A stretch of DNA of 64,000 nt from Tubiluchus corallicola (lineage: Eukaryota; Animalia; Priapulida), in NCBI GenBank assembly GCA_030141605.1, contig JAQGDQ010000208.1, forward strand, positions 62,001-126,000, read 5' to 3'. Positions within the stretch are counted from its first letter, which is position 1; each line of letters starts with the position of its first letter. The position numbers and the translations under genes are program-made. The notes beneath the pieces were generated by a model. The model was not told where the DNA came from. It made no database searches and saw nothing but the letters and a program-made list of their open reading frames with translations. Of the stretch, positions 52,995 to 64,000 are shown one piece after another.

Positions 52995-53525
52995 AACACC
53001 GGTCATCAGTGCAACACCGGACAAACGTCGGACATCTGTAAATGGTTAGCCCAGCGTTGGCGTTAATATACCAACGCTTGACTGAACGCACCATAGGGCC
53101 AACGTCGTTACCAACGTTAGTTTCAGCGCAACCTGTTCCCACTGCTTTTATTATTGTACCAGCGTTATTCTGCTCATAGATGCAACATCAGCCTACGTCA
53201 TCGGTAAATGGTTAAACTAGCGTAGGCTTCAATGTGGACCCAGCTTTTACACCGAAACTTGCTTAAGCACATTATACAGCCTTCAATGGGCCGATGTCTG
53301 GTACACCATCGGTCCAGCGTACGCTTGAATGAAAACAGCAGAGGACCAACATCGGTACCAACGTAAACCCAGCACGATCTGCTCTGAGCCGACATTGATT
53401 TTAACGATGTGTAGCATGTTTTGAAGAAATGTGCAAGCAGCGCTCGACCAACGTTGGTACTGTCAATGGCCCAACTTTTAAATTGTAATAGACTCGTAGC
53501 TGCTTACGGCCAACATTGGCCATCA
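52995..53525. repeat. Degenerate repeat rich in CCAACGTTGG-like motifs with ~165-bp internal duplication
   Basis: gtaaatggtta..c.agcgt.ggc at ~53038 and ~53204, plus repeated gccaacgtcg, accaacgt and ccaacgttgg motifs. Confidence 0.55.
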
Positions 53526-53725
53526 CATATTAATTTCCCTTGAAGATACACACAGATGACATGGAATAAGTCTAAGCATGGCTCAGCATATATAACATGC
53601 TCGAAGGCAGACGCTAGTATGTGTACTGAAGCCACCTTCTGAATAATTTTCACCCAACATGTACATTCGAGAGCATGAATGATTCAAACATGAAAATGAT
53701 TTGCATCTTTCCTAAGAACGAACAG

Positions 53726-53853
53726 GTATGTGTGTGTGTGTTTGTGTGTGTGTGCGTGTGCATGCGTGCGTGTGTGTGCCTGCGTGTGTGTACATATATA
53801 CATGTACACACGCACACGCCCGCACGCATGCACGCACGCACACACACACACGC
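53726..53853. repeat. Inverted (GT)n-(CA)n microsatellite forming a fold-back
   Basis: The left arm (GT)n..tgcatgcgtgcg..gtgtgtacat and the right arm atgtacacac..cgcacgcatgca..(CA)n are approximate reverse complements. Confidence 0.85.
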
Positions 53854-55124
53854 TGTAAATTTTCATAGGTTTCACAAGTGGCATCTGATTCAAGATTGAT
53901 TGTAAGAACTAATAATCAGATAACCAGATATCATAGCTACTAAATAAAGAAATCAAAGAACTTAAAATTGTTTTTAACATTTAGCGAGTAATGTAGTCAT
54001 ACAGTAATGAAACTAAGAGTTAAGTAAGTCTTGGGCTCTTGGTATGTTTTTTGTTTTTCAAAAAGCTCATGTATTTGATTATTGTGGTACTTGTAACTAC
54101 CGTAATAAAAAAGTGGTACTAATCATTGCGAAAATATGACCTGCACAAAAGCATGCTCAAAAGCTGCACAAAAGATGTGAAAGTACCTGTTTAAAATATA
54201 CGCATACTAAATTATTACGCTTTTTGTTTGCTACTAAACGTAAGACACTCCCGCATTGATTTAGTTTACAATTACAACACATTACAATTGCATTTATTAT
54301 TTTGCACACATTGCAGACGACCAACATGCTCGTATTATAATTGCGTCATAGTGATTGCTGTTGATGAGTTTCTAGTGTTATTATATTTGTGCTTGTCGAA
54401 ATATTTTATACAGGAATTACTTGCCTGAACGATGTTTAGTGCTTTTATAAGTTTAGAGCTAGCTGTTTTAGACACAAAATTAAGAAACGCACACTAGAAA
54501 TGCAATCTTTATGATTAGTTTAGGTAATGCAGTCCATTTGAAATTGACAAACTCGTTGTTATGTGCTGACATCTATTAACAGTGTTTCACGTCTCTGCGC
54601 AATATCTTGTATTCCAATTTATTTTGTTTATTTCATTTGTTTTTAAGAACAAGAAAATCCGCCTTGCAGTTTTGTATCGCCTACTATTGCGCTCCTGCTG
54701 TATCTCCTTTTGTGTTTCCTATTGCGCACAGAATTTGTATTGCCAGCATCTCTGTATAAAACTTAAGATTTAAACTCCCGCGGTGACCGTTAGGCGAAGC
54801 CATTTTGAACAGTAAGTCGTTTGAAACAAGTTTAGATAGTTTTTGGTATAGCGTTTGAAACAAGTTTAAATAGTACTGGGATAGCGAAGCTGTGACGTTT
54901 TACAGCTGACGAGGACAGTTATTAAGAATTTTTTTCAGTTACATATGTTTTTCAAGCAGGTAAACGTAATGCAAAGTAATACAACTTTGTTTGAAAAGTT
55001 TTTTACGCATACTTTCAATTGGCTTTTTCTTCTCATTTACTAATAAGCTTACTCGCCCTATATCACAAGGTGAGTGAATTCAGAAAAAGGGTAAGAGCTG
55101 TTCAACGAAACGATTGAACAAATT

Positions 55125-55630
55125 GCAGTCGCGGTTACCATACTAACCAACAATATAAACGTTGCTTAAGTTGTTTTAATACTTCTACCAAGCTCTTACT
55201 TTGTGATTATAAGCACATCGCATAACACTATTAACACAACGAATTTCTATATCTCTTAGGATAGTAAAGACGCCACATTCATAGAAAACCTCTTTTTTCC
55301 CGCCTTGCGGTTATCACACTTATCGTTAGAACATTGTTTAGTCGTTTTAAAACGTTCGCCTGGGCTCTTACATTGAGATTTTTGATAAGCATAACATATA
55401 ACGCAGCGAATTTCCATGTCTCCTAGGACAACACATTTACTGAAAACTTCTTTTCATCTGCCGTTGCGGTTACCAATATTTGCCACTAGGCAAAAGTGAA
55501 TACTGCCTAAGTCGTTTTAAAACGTTCATCTGAGCTCTTACATTGTGTTTTTATAAGAACGACACATAACGCAGCGTCGACTTTCTACGTCTCTAAGGAC
55601 ATTGCATTTAGAGAAATTATCTCTTCTTAG
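55125..55630 (+). repeat. Diverged tandem repeat, ~160-176 bp unit, 3 copies, just upstream of the lectin gene
   Basis: gcggtta at 55131, 55307 and 55466. Each unit contains gt.gttttaa, gctcttac.ttg, ataag, taac.ca.cg and tttc.a..tctc..agga. Confidence 0.85.
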
Positions 55631-55865
55631 GAGGCAAAAATACATTAGTAGCTATTCTTCTGTGGTAAATAATTAATGGTCGCTGATAAACTACGGACAG
55701 GAGAACAATTACTATAGATCAAGAAACACCTGTTCCTTTACACAGGTAAGGCATATACATAGGAAACACAGTGTAAAAATTATGACACAGTCGCAGAGGA
55801 CCCGTGCTCATTTGGAAGTTGGAGAGTAGTGCGTAGAAATTTCTGTCGCATTGTATGGAAAAGTC

Positions 55866-55929
55866 ATGTATTTGTTTGAAGGTTTGGTGTTGATGTTACT
55901 AGGGCAGCTATTGCGCTATAATTTTGCAG
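55866..55929 (+). CDS. CTLD-EGF protein, signal-peptide exon
   Basis: gtcATG with an in-frame upstream TAG. MYLFEGLVLMLLGQLLRYNFA then G|gtgagc (phase 1), in phase with the next exon. Confidence 0.7.
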
Positions 55930-56193
55930 GTGAGCACAGGTGAAGTAATTAGCTTTTCAAAACACATCTATTTTCAACAATAAGCAAGGTGCAGTTTGGA
56001 TTAAGTTATTGTAAATACACTTATCATAATGTAATACAATTATGATGTAGTTGTTTACACTGAAACCGGCTCGGCGCATGAATTAACAATGACGATATTA
56101 CATTTTGAAGAACCATATACTAAAGAAGCAGGCTTTTGACGTATTAAAACGTCGTACCGCAATTCAAATGTATTCTGCAGCAGCTTTTTTCAG

Positions 56194-56386
56194 ATGCGCA
56201 ACCTCCTTGCCTCGCTGAAATAAACGAATGGCACTTCTTTGACGACGAAGTGGGGACTCAGAGTTACTTTAGACATTTTCTGGACACCCTTAATTGGACC
56301 GACGCAATAGTGGCTTGTGAGACCCATCATGGAAACCTTACTGTTATCCACTCTCTGGAAACCTATCAATTTAATAAAAATTTGCT
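56194..56386 (+). CDS. CTLD-EGF protein, C-type lectin domain 1, N-terminal half
   Basis: Not in the ORF track. tttcag| ... |gtaagt, phase 1-2. DAQPPCLAEINEWHFFDDEVGTQSYFRHFLDTLNWTDAIVACETHHGNLTVIHSLETYQFNKNL fits the WxxAxxxCxxxxxxLxxIxS pattern. Confidence 0.9.
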
Positions 56387-57160
56387 GTAAGTTACTCTAT
56401 TCTGTGTCTTGTACAGAGCATTTAAAAAGAAACGGTGCACTAACGCGTGTTATAAGCATATCAGTATGAGTATATTACACCACACGAAGTCCAATTAGTC
56501 ATTATTATTGTGATCATACCAAGTTATACAACTGGAAAACTGGAATTACGCAAAATTGAATCACCATTTTTACATCACTATATTGTCATAATGCTGAAGT
56601 CCAAGTTCATTGTGGCACATTTTTAGCATATTTCTGCTCCACCGCTTTCTTTGGAACTCAGTCTAGATCTGCTAGTGTAATTCTGCACAAAAGACATCAC
56701 TAACTAAAAATGGGGGTTCTGGGAAACATAATATTGGTTTCAGTAATAAAACAATTTATTTGTGTAAGTAAATTGCTCGGTACTCAAAACTTAAATGACT
56801 CATTTACATATTTAATATTTACGCTACTCAAGCCGAGTAAGTAACATTACTCATTTTAAAGACTGAACACGAAGTTACTCATTTTGATTATTAAATTTAG
56901 ATGCAAACTTCATTAAATTCATTGAAATTAGATTAGATGAATACCTTTTATTATTTAATTGCTCAAATTGTCAGTAATTTGTTATTTGCAAAATACTTAT
57001 TTTAGTAGTCTCGTTTGAAATATGCCTACTTTTTGAATGTAGAAAAGATTACCAAACATACTTATACATACACCACATAGGTTTTTATATCTTTCGATCC
57101 TAGGACTAAAAAACAATATGACAGTATTGTTAAAATACAACCGTTCTTAACATATTTCAG

Positions 57161-57420
57161 AGAACAGCATGGCTGGGATACCAACAGCGATAAAGTCTGG
57201 ATAGGACTTTCCCGGGAATGGGAAGACCCCAGTACTCAACAGAATGCCATATGGCAATGGAATGATGGGACTGAAATGACAGATGATTTGGGTTTATGTT
57301 CGGGGTTTTGTGAAACTGGCGATGATAAATTCTGCATTGCCATTTGGCCGGACACGCAGTTTAAATATAGAGCATGGTACTGCAATACTCAACAAACATA
57401 TATATGTGAGATAAGTAAAG
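57161..57420 (+). CDS. CTLD-EGF protein, C-type lectin domain 1, C-terminal half
   Basis: tttcag| ... |gtaaca, phase 2-1. EQHGWDTNSDKVWIGLSREWEDPSTQQNAIWQWNDGTEMTDDLGLCSGFCETGDDKFCIAIWPDTQFKYRAWYCNTQQTYICEISK has WIGL, WxWxDG and YICE. Confidence 0.92.
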
Positions 57421-57511
57421 GTAACAAAAACAAATGTTTCTGTGTGAATAATCTCTATATTTCTCCTTGATAAGAAGTTTCGATGTCAATGTGTCAATAA
57501 CCTATATGTAT

Positions 57512-57549
<38 letters not shown>

Positions 57550-59276
57550 TGCTCAAAAACTTTTTGAATGTGATCAAACTACAAAATTAGAAAACGTTTA
57601 CAGTGTGAATACTGAATACGCAACGAAAATTTTCGCCATAAACTTTCTCAATATGCATTAGATAGGTAAATTTTCTTAATAAATGCTCTAACTATGATTA
57701 GTATATTTCTCTGTAGCCGTTTTAAGCGCTTGTGAAGTGCAAATTTTCTCCTTAAATTTTTTCTCTTTAGAAGATTAGGTGACATACTTGTACTATGTAT
57801 AATTGTATATATGATGGAGTTGTAAAGTGTTCATTTTTTCAATAACCGTCTTCTGAAGTGTCAAGAGATTTATGTACAGATTTTTTCGAAGGCTGCGTTA
57901 CCAGAATGAACCACGTTTTTTCCTGTTGTGACATGCTTATTTGCAACGTACTCTGATTTTCAAAATTATGAAAGACAGATATGGTCGCCCTATAAACGAG
58001 GTGTAGCTCGTGGTTCTGAGGTTCTATAGTGTCAGATAAGTTACTACTAGCATCCTGGAGTCGGGCTAAGGCTTTGTTGTTGGGCATGCGGAGCCCGGGC
58101 CTAGGAGTCTCAACGAGCTATTCAGTATAAAGTAGAATGCAAAAAATAATTATTAAACTGCATAACAAAATTTAATTAGCTACTACTTTAAAAAAATTTA
58201 ACTGGTAGAACAGATGTAGTTCAATAATAACGATCAGTCACATTACAGCAAATAGGCAAATATATTCCAATAGACAGGCGTGACACGTGCAAATGGTGAC
58301 GCACTCTCGATGACGGCAATCCAATGATGACCATATACTAGCTAGTTGGCAAACGCTGAACAAAAGTACAAAAGACTTGGCTTACTAGACGCTCCATGAA
58401 CATCATGTGAAACGGCAGCTGCTAACCTGTGGGGTAACATCCATGGATTCACCAACTATGGTTTGCTGCATCAACAATGGACTGACCAACATAAACTTCA
58501 CTGTGACTTGAGGTTTGGACGAATCCTGGGACAATGACGGTAAGGCTCAAACCAAAGCAATGTATTCGTCCCAGATCCGTCAGCACTGTAAGCAATGAAT
58601 GTTGACAGAAGTAGTGGCGTCTACTGCACTGTAACATCGACAATGCTAATTGACATTTCTGGCTGTTTTTTCACAGACATGTGAAAGATCAGGCGATGGT
58701 TATTTTACATGACCTAAGCCTTTCAATAACGTCCGACCGCTGTCAGGTTTCACGTCTCAGGCTAAAGCTGTAAAATATGTATCATGTATACTTCATACCT
58801 AAGTAACATACCGGTTTCGCATTTTTGAAAGAAACCGCCAGTATCGTAGGTATTCCAGAACACAACCTCAAGACGAGGGGGTGTTAGTAGGACTATAGGA
58901 CTCTACACTACTACACTAATTAGGCTAATAATACAATACTACTATATCGACTATAGTGACTACTATAATGCAAATAATTACACTAACAAGTACTACAGCT
59001 ATCACTATAAAGAACTTGACGGTGAAATAAAAAGGTGACAAACGGGTAAAGAAAAATATCCTAAATAATAAAGTGTTTTTACACCTATGTTATTGAAATC
59101 GTGACGCACACGAGTTTGAGTAGCTATTAATTAAATAAAGTGCCTGTCGTTAAAACTGACCAAATAAATATAATGTTAATAGGAAAATCAATATCACCAA
59201 ACTCAATGAGCTCAATGTTAAGGAAAGAAATGTGCATTTCAAGTAAAAGTTTCATTTTATCAATTTCATGTTTTAG

Positions 59277-59408
59277 ATGTATATTCACAAAACTACAACG
59301 ACTGCTGCAGTAGTCCCTGTCAGCATGGTGTGTGTACAGATTCGGATGTTGGATATCAGTGTGACTGCTCAGGGACGCTATATAATGGAACAAACTGTGA
59401 GATATATG
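59277..59408 (+). CDS. CTLD-EGF protein, calcium-binding-type EGF domain exon
   Basis: Not in the ORF track. ttttag| ... |gtatga, phase 1-1. DVYSQNYNDCCSSPCQHGVCTDSDVGYQCDCSGTLYNGTNCEIY has EGF cysteine spacing with CxDxxxxYxC. Confidence 0.92.
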
Positions 59409-60292
59409 GTATGAATATATACGTGTACCTGGAAATATAAAAGGGCCGTGCGTCATTTCAATTGAAGACCAACTACTGACCGACTAGCCAAATGACTAAA
59501 CAAATACACTAACCAAGCAACTACTTACTGGCTGAGTCACTAAACAAACGACAAACAGGGAGACAGACACAAACAAACAGACAGACAGACAGAGCGGCGA
59601 AAATTGGGATGGTTTCAAGAGGTAAATCAGCTAGTTAGCAATTTTCTATTTGACGTTTAATGGGTTAGCACAAGCCTCAATCAACTTTTGATTAAGGGGA
59701 ATTTCTATAGCTTTTCTGATTTTTAGAAACGACTTAGCTGTTACGATATTGTTTGCTAACAAGTGATTAGCTGTTTGGCTGCTAATTAGCAAAGTGTCAA
59801 TCTTTTGTACCTCACAAATCATTTTCTGGCTGACCTAAGTTGTTCAAGAATTGACATACTATCGCCGAATATTGTACATCTACTGGCGGCAAACCGCATA
59901 TTTATTCCAGTTCCTTTTAGATGAATATAAGGCACAGTGACTGTGTTTACTACGTCGTGCAAAAGATCATCAAAGGTGTTTATTTGTGTATCGAGGCAGC
60001 GGGAAGCCGCATGCAACAATGTAGGCCGTACCACTGTTTTAGCTAAACAGATAATTGAATCCAACTTTAGTTTTCTGCACTTAAAACAGAAACTTTTAGT
60101 TTTCTGTCATGTATTCCATGATTTGACAATTTTGACTGACAGATTGACGCACCAGCTGATTGACTGATTAGGGACTGGCCGATTAATTTATTAAATGGTA
60201 GTGTACGATAACTTTACATTTTACATTATAAAACAATGTTTATAACGCTGCATGTTGTATGAAAAAATACAATACTATTATTCGTTTTGCAG

Positions 60293-60479
60293 TACCTCCA
60301 TGTCTTGACGATTTTGAGCAATGGTCGCTCTTTTTTATGGATTTGGTTCCTGTTAGCTATTTCCAGCATTTTATACAGACAGCGACCTGGAGTCAAGCCG
60401 CAGATAATTGCTCCAGTTATGGTGGGCACCTCAGCGTCTTACATTCTTTCGAAGAACATGAATTTAACAAAGGGCTCAT
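60293..60479 (+). CDS. CTLD-EGF protein, C-type lectin domain 2, N-terminal half
   Basis: ttgcag| ... |gtaagt, phase 1-2. VPPCLDDFEQWSLFFMDLVPVSYFQHFIQTATWSQAADNCSSYGGHLSVLHSFEEHEFNKGL is paralogous to exon 56194-56386. Confidence 0.92.
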
Positions 60480-60847
60480 GTAAGTACAGTACAGTTATAC
60501 TAAAGAGAAATTATTTGACGCACTCTAATTATAAAATATAGATGTTTTATACAAGTTTCTGGGCCATCGTGTTTAAGATAATAAGTCTGCTAACGTTCTT
60601 TGGAGCTTAAGACAATAGGCCTGGTTTGGTTTAAGGTGTAGTAACGTTCCTTGGGCTAAAGGGGCCTAGACTGATCAACGTTGGTCGAACCATATTGTTT
60701 TATTAATTTTACGTGATAACATGATGAACAAATGCGGCAGGTGACACTTAAGTGACTTAGAATTCAACACTTCAACTTTTAGTATCTAGTCTCAGCGGAT
60801 AGCAACTTCTATTGAATTCTTCGCTTATCTATCTGTCTCAATTTTAG

Positions 60848-61092
60848 GCATAATCATGGATGGAACACTACTTCTGCTCGCGTGTGGATCGGTTTAAAAA
60901 GGGAGCCCGAAGATGCGCCGGGATCAGTTCTCGGCTGGATTGATGGAAGTTCTTATGATTTTGACTGGTGTTCTGCAGACTGTGAGTTGCAGCTAGGTCA
61001 AAATTGTGGTGTCATCAGACCATCATCGGAATTCCGCTGGGGAGATGCAAATTGTATTGAAGAACACAGTTATTTGTGTGAATTGACAGCAG
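60848..61092 (+). CDS. CTLD-EGF protein, C-type lectin domain 2, C-terminal half; gene probably continues beyond window
   Basis: ttttag| ... ag|gtaccc, phase 2-1. HNHGWNTTSARVWIGLKREPEDAPGSVLGWIDGSSYDFDWCSADCELQLGQNCGVIRPSSEFRWGDANCIEEHSYLCELTA. Confidence 0.9.
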
Positions 61093-61197
61093 GTACCCTC
61101 AAATACCCTAAAAAGAGAGGGGGAGAGAGAAGAGAGTAGACAGCGGGAGGGAGGAAAGAGAGAGAGAAAGAGAGAGAGATTGAGAGATAGAGAGAGA

Positions 61198-64000
61198 GAT
61201 GATGATTTTGATGATGATAAATCTTTTATTACGCCTCTATTTACAGGCTCAATACATCAATAATTGAAAATGAAATCGTGTACAGATATTAGTGACACAC
61301 ATAAATAAGTACATACAATTACATAAAAATAAAAGCTCTATATATGCAAATTATATACAAATAAACAAATGCGTATGTATAAACAGATACGTTAGAATGT
61401 ACAAACCATACACAAATATAAATAAAGGTGTACTAGCGATTGTTTTCACGATGTAGTCATCTTTCACTAAGTCCAAAAATGCTGTAATTATATTCTTGTA
61501 CTGCTTTAAAAATATCACATCTGTTGTTTGATCAGTAAGCTCTAACATAAAATGCCTCCTCTTCCTTTGGTTGACAAAAAAAACAAATTGCCTTATGGGA
61601 CAGTCCACAGTCACATAGCTCATTGTCTTCCATTCCGATGCAGCACAGAAATTTATTAAAGTTTCCTTGCTTAGTAAGAAAACAAATTGCCCGAGTTTCC
61701 TACTGGCAGATTTAAAGTTGTACCAGCTACAAGGATATCGTTCCCCATTTCAATGCCTTGCAGTTTAGAACGATTTTTCAATCTATTGCTCCATAGTTTT
61801 TGAACGAAGTCTTTCATCATAACTTTGGTATACGTCAGAGTCTGCACAGGCATTTCTGATTAATCCTTAGTTGGAATTCTTTGGTTGCAAAACATTCTAA
61901 AAAAACTGCCTCAGGTCTAGCAGATGGGCGTAAACGCTGAGTTTTGTGATCACAGATGGCTGATCGTCATTACACAGCAGATGAATATAGTTATGTAATA
62001 CATCTTTTGCGTCACAGCTAAGTATTTTCAGAACTTTTACAGCTATCTTTTTACATGTGACTTCCAGAGGTGGTATACTAGTTATTAATTCAAGGTTATC
62101 TCTAGATGGATGGAACCCAGATCCGGTACAAATTTTTAATACGTTATACATCAGGTCATCAGAAGTTGCCTACATATTCGTTAACCATGCATATGAGCCA
62201 TAAAGTATTATTGGCTGTACCGGAGCATTAAAAAGTTATGTGATTACTGGTAACCTTAAACCGCTATTTTTATGACAGTTTTTTATGCTGTGCCAACATA
62301 GCCATGCTTTTTGTCTGACGTAGTTGATGTGCTGCGGGAGGATAAATCTTTGTCAATGGTGACACCCAGCACCTTGCTCTTACAGGTATACGCTACTTCA
62401 CTGTTACCAATTTTACGATTAGTGGCTTGATGGCCATTCCACATTCCAACAAGCCTCTGTCTTATCAGGTTGAGCATTAATTTTTAATCTCCATTTGCAG
62501 CTCATCACAACAAACCTGAGCAGTTTGCTGGCATGCAGTTCGGTTGCTGTTGGATACGTAAAGCGTTCCATCATCAGCATACTTGAATTTTTCAACTAAT
62601 ACTGGTGTGTTATTGAATATATCGGCTATGAAAACAAGAAATAAAACAGGCGAGAGTGCCGAGCACACCCATGTTGGTTTGGAACTCCTCTGAGGCATTG
62701 TCATTTACCTTGAACACGATGCGCTTTGTCATAAGAAAGTTTGATATTAGCTTTAGGAGTGCTTGCATATTTGCGTTATACATCTTATACAAAAGACAGC
62801 CCGTTTTGCCACACGCTATCAAAAGCCTTTTCAAAATCCACGAAAATATCAATGCCAGACATCTTACGAGCTACTCCTTTTTTTAGTCCAGAAATAAGTC
62901 TCATAAGACAGCATGTAGTATTACGGCCTGGAGTGAAGCCTTCTTGTTCTCTATCCTTGACGTCATAATATTCTAAATGTTTCCGAAGTCTCATGTCAAT
63001 CAACCTCTCCACCAGCTTACCAATGTAGGACGTGATCGAAATGGGCCTGTAATTGCTGGCATTTGTATAATCTGCTCTTCCGCATTTTAGCATTATCACG
63101 ACCTTTGCTATGTACCTAGACCATATTTAGGAAGTAGAGATTTGCAATTTTAAGTAGCACAAGTTTAGTCCAATATCCCACGTACATTATCATCTTTGGA
63201 TGATATCCATCATCGTCAATAGATTTTCCTTCCGTTTTGACTTTGTCTATTGCTGAATTTAATTCATCCCAGGTGAATTTTGAGTTAAGGCTTGTAGGCA
63301 TGTCTTCTTCCCAGTTGTTTGTTAACAATAACTCGTCGACTTCTGCTCGGCATGACTCTTGAAAGTGTTCCGTTAATAAGTGCCGCCCGTTGAAAAAGAT
63401 TTGGTAAAAAATATTACACATCACCTCGTCTTCTATTACAATTTCTCCATTATCATTCAAGCATCCTATAGATTGTTTTTCTTTTTTAACAAACAAGTGT
63501 TTGTACGACTGCCAGAATCTTGCCCCTTGTGCAGCATTGAGGCTTTCTGTATTTTTATGCAGCCAAGCATTATATGTTCTACTCAATGCTTCATCATAAG
63601 CTTGTTTGCTTGATAAATACAAGTTTTTGTTTTGCATGTTCGAGTATCTTAAAAAGACCTTTCTAGTCTCTCTGACAGAATGTGACAGTGTGGTTAGTTC
63701 ATTCGTCCAAAATGGCTTACTACGTCCACAGATAGTTTTAAGTTCAAGAATGGCATTGTTTGTTTGTGTAATGCAGTTTTTGAACCATTGCCATAATCCC
63801 TTTATTTGCTACCAACTCATTTAACTGCGCAAAGCTCTTCTTTATTGTTAAATCAAGTTCGAATGACCAAGCTTTCCAGTCACTCTTTTTGAAGTCAAAA
63901 ACATGCTTAATTGGGTTCTCTTTAATTTCTACAACAAATTGAGTCATTACTGAAAGTGTCCCATCAGAGGTATCCCACTGAATAATTCAACTTCTGTGTC
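61198..64000 (-). mobile_element. Decayed non-LTR retrotransposon (I/Jockey-group-like) ORF2 and 3' end, antisense within lectin-gene intron
   Basis: Ordered RT motifs split by frameshifts and stops: NYRPISITSYIGKLVERLI, QEGFTPGRNT, FVDFEKAFDSVW, LSPVLFLVFIAD, KYADD (YADD 62570-62581), KVLGVTID. The 3' end reads AATAAA (61230-61225) followed by an (ATC)n tail. The element extends past the window end. Confidence 0.92.

Overview
AT-rich, intron-containing genomic DNA from a bilaterian animal, most likely a marine invertebrate (inferred, not identified). Left end (- strand, 75-3465): the 5' part of an SLC34/NaPi-II sodium-phosphate cotransporter gene with five phase-consistent coding exons, an N-terminal 37-aa x ~3.6 tandem repeat, and a predicted TATA promoter with a very short non-coding first exon. 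Right end (+ strand, 55866-61092, continuing out of the window): a signal-peptide-bearing C-type lectin domain (CTLD)-EGF-CTLD gene whose lectin domains carry an unusual CxxxC loop instead of EPN/QPD, followed by a decayed antisense LINE in the next intron. In the ~52 kb between them I recognised no protein-coding exons. That interval holds a mir-184 hairpin (50223-50300, +) whose mature arm differs from the canonical sequence at position 18, a promoter-like motif cluster at ~24.8-24.9 kb followed by a non-coding exon (candidate pri-miRNA host), a 5S-rRNA-derived segment, a PIF/Harbinger-type MITE, an Academ-like remnant, several LINE fossils and many simple and tandem repeats. All calls were made by eye and no database searches were run.
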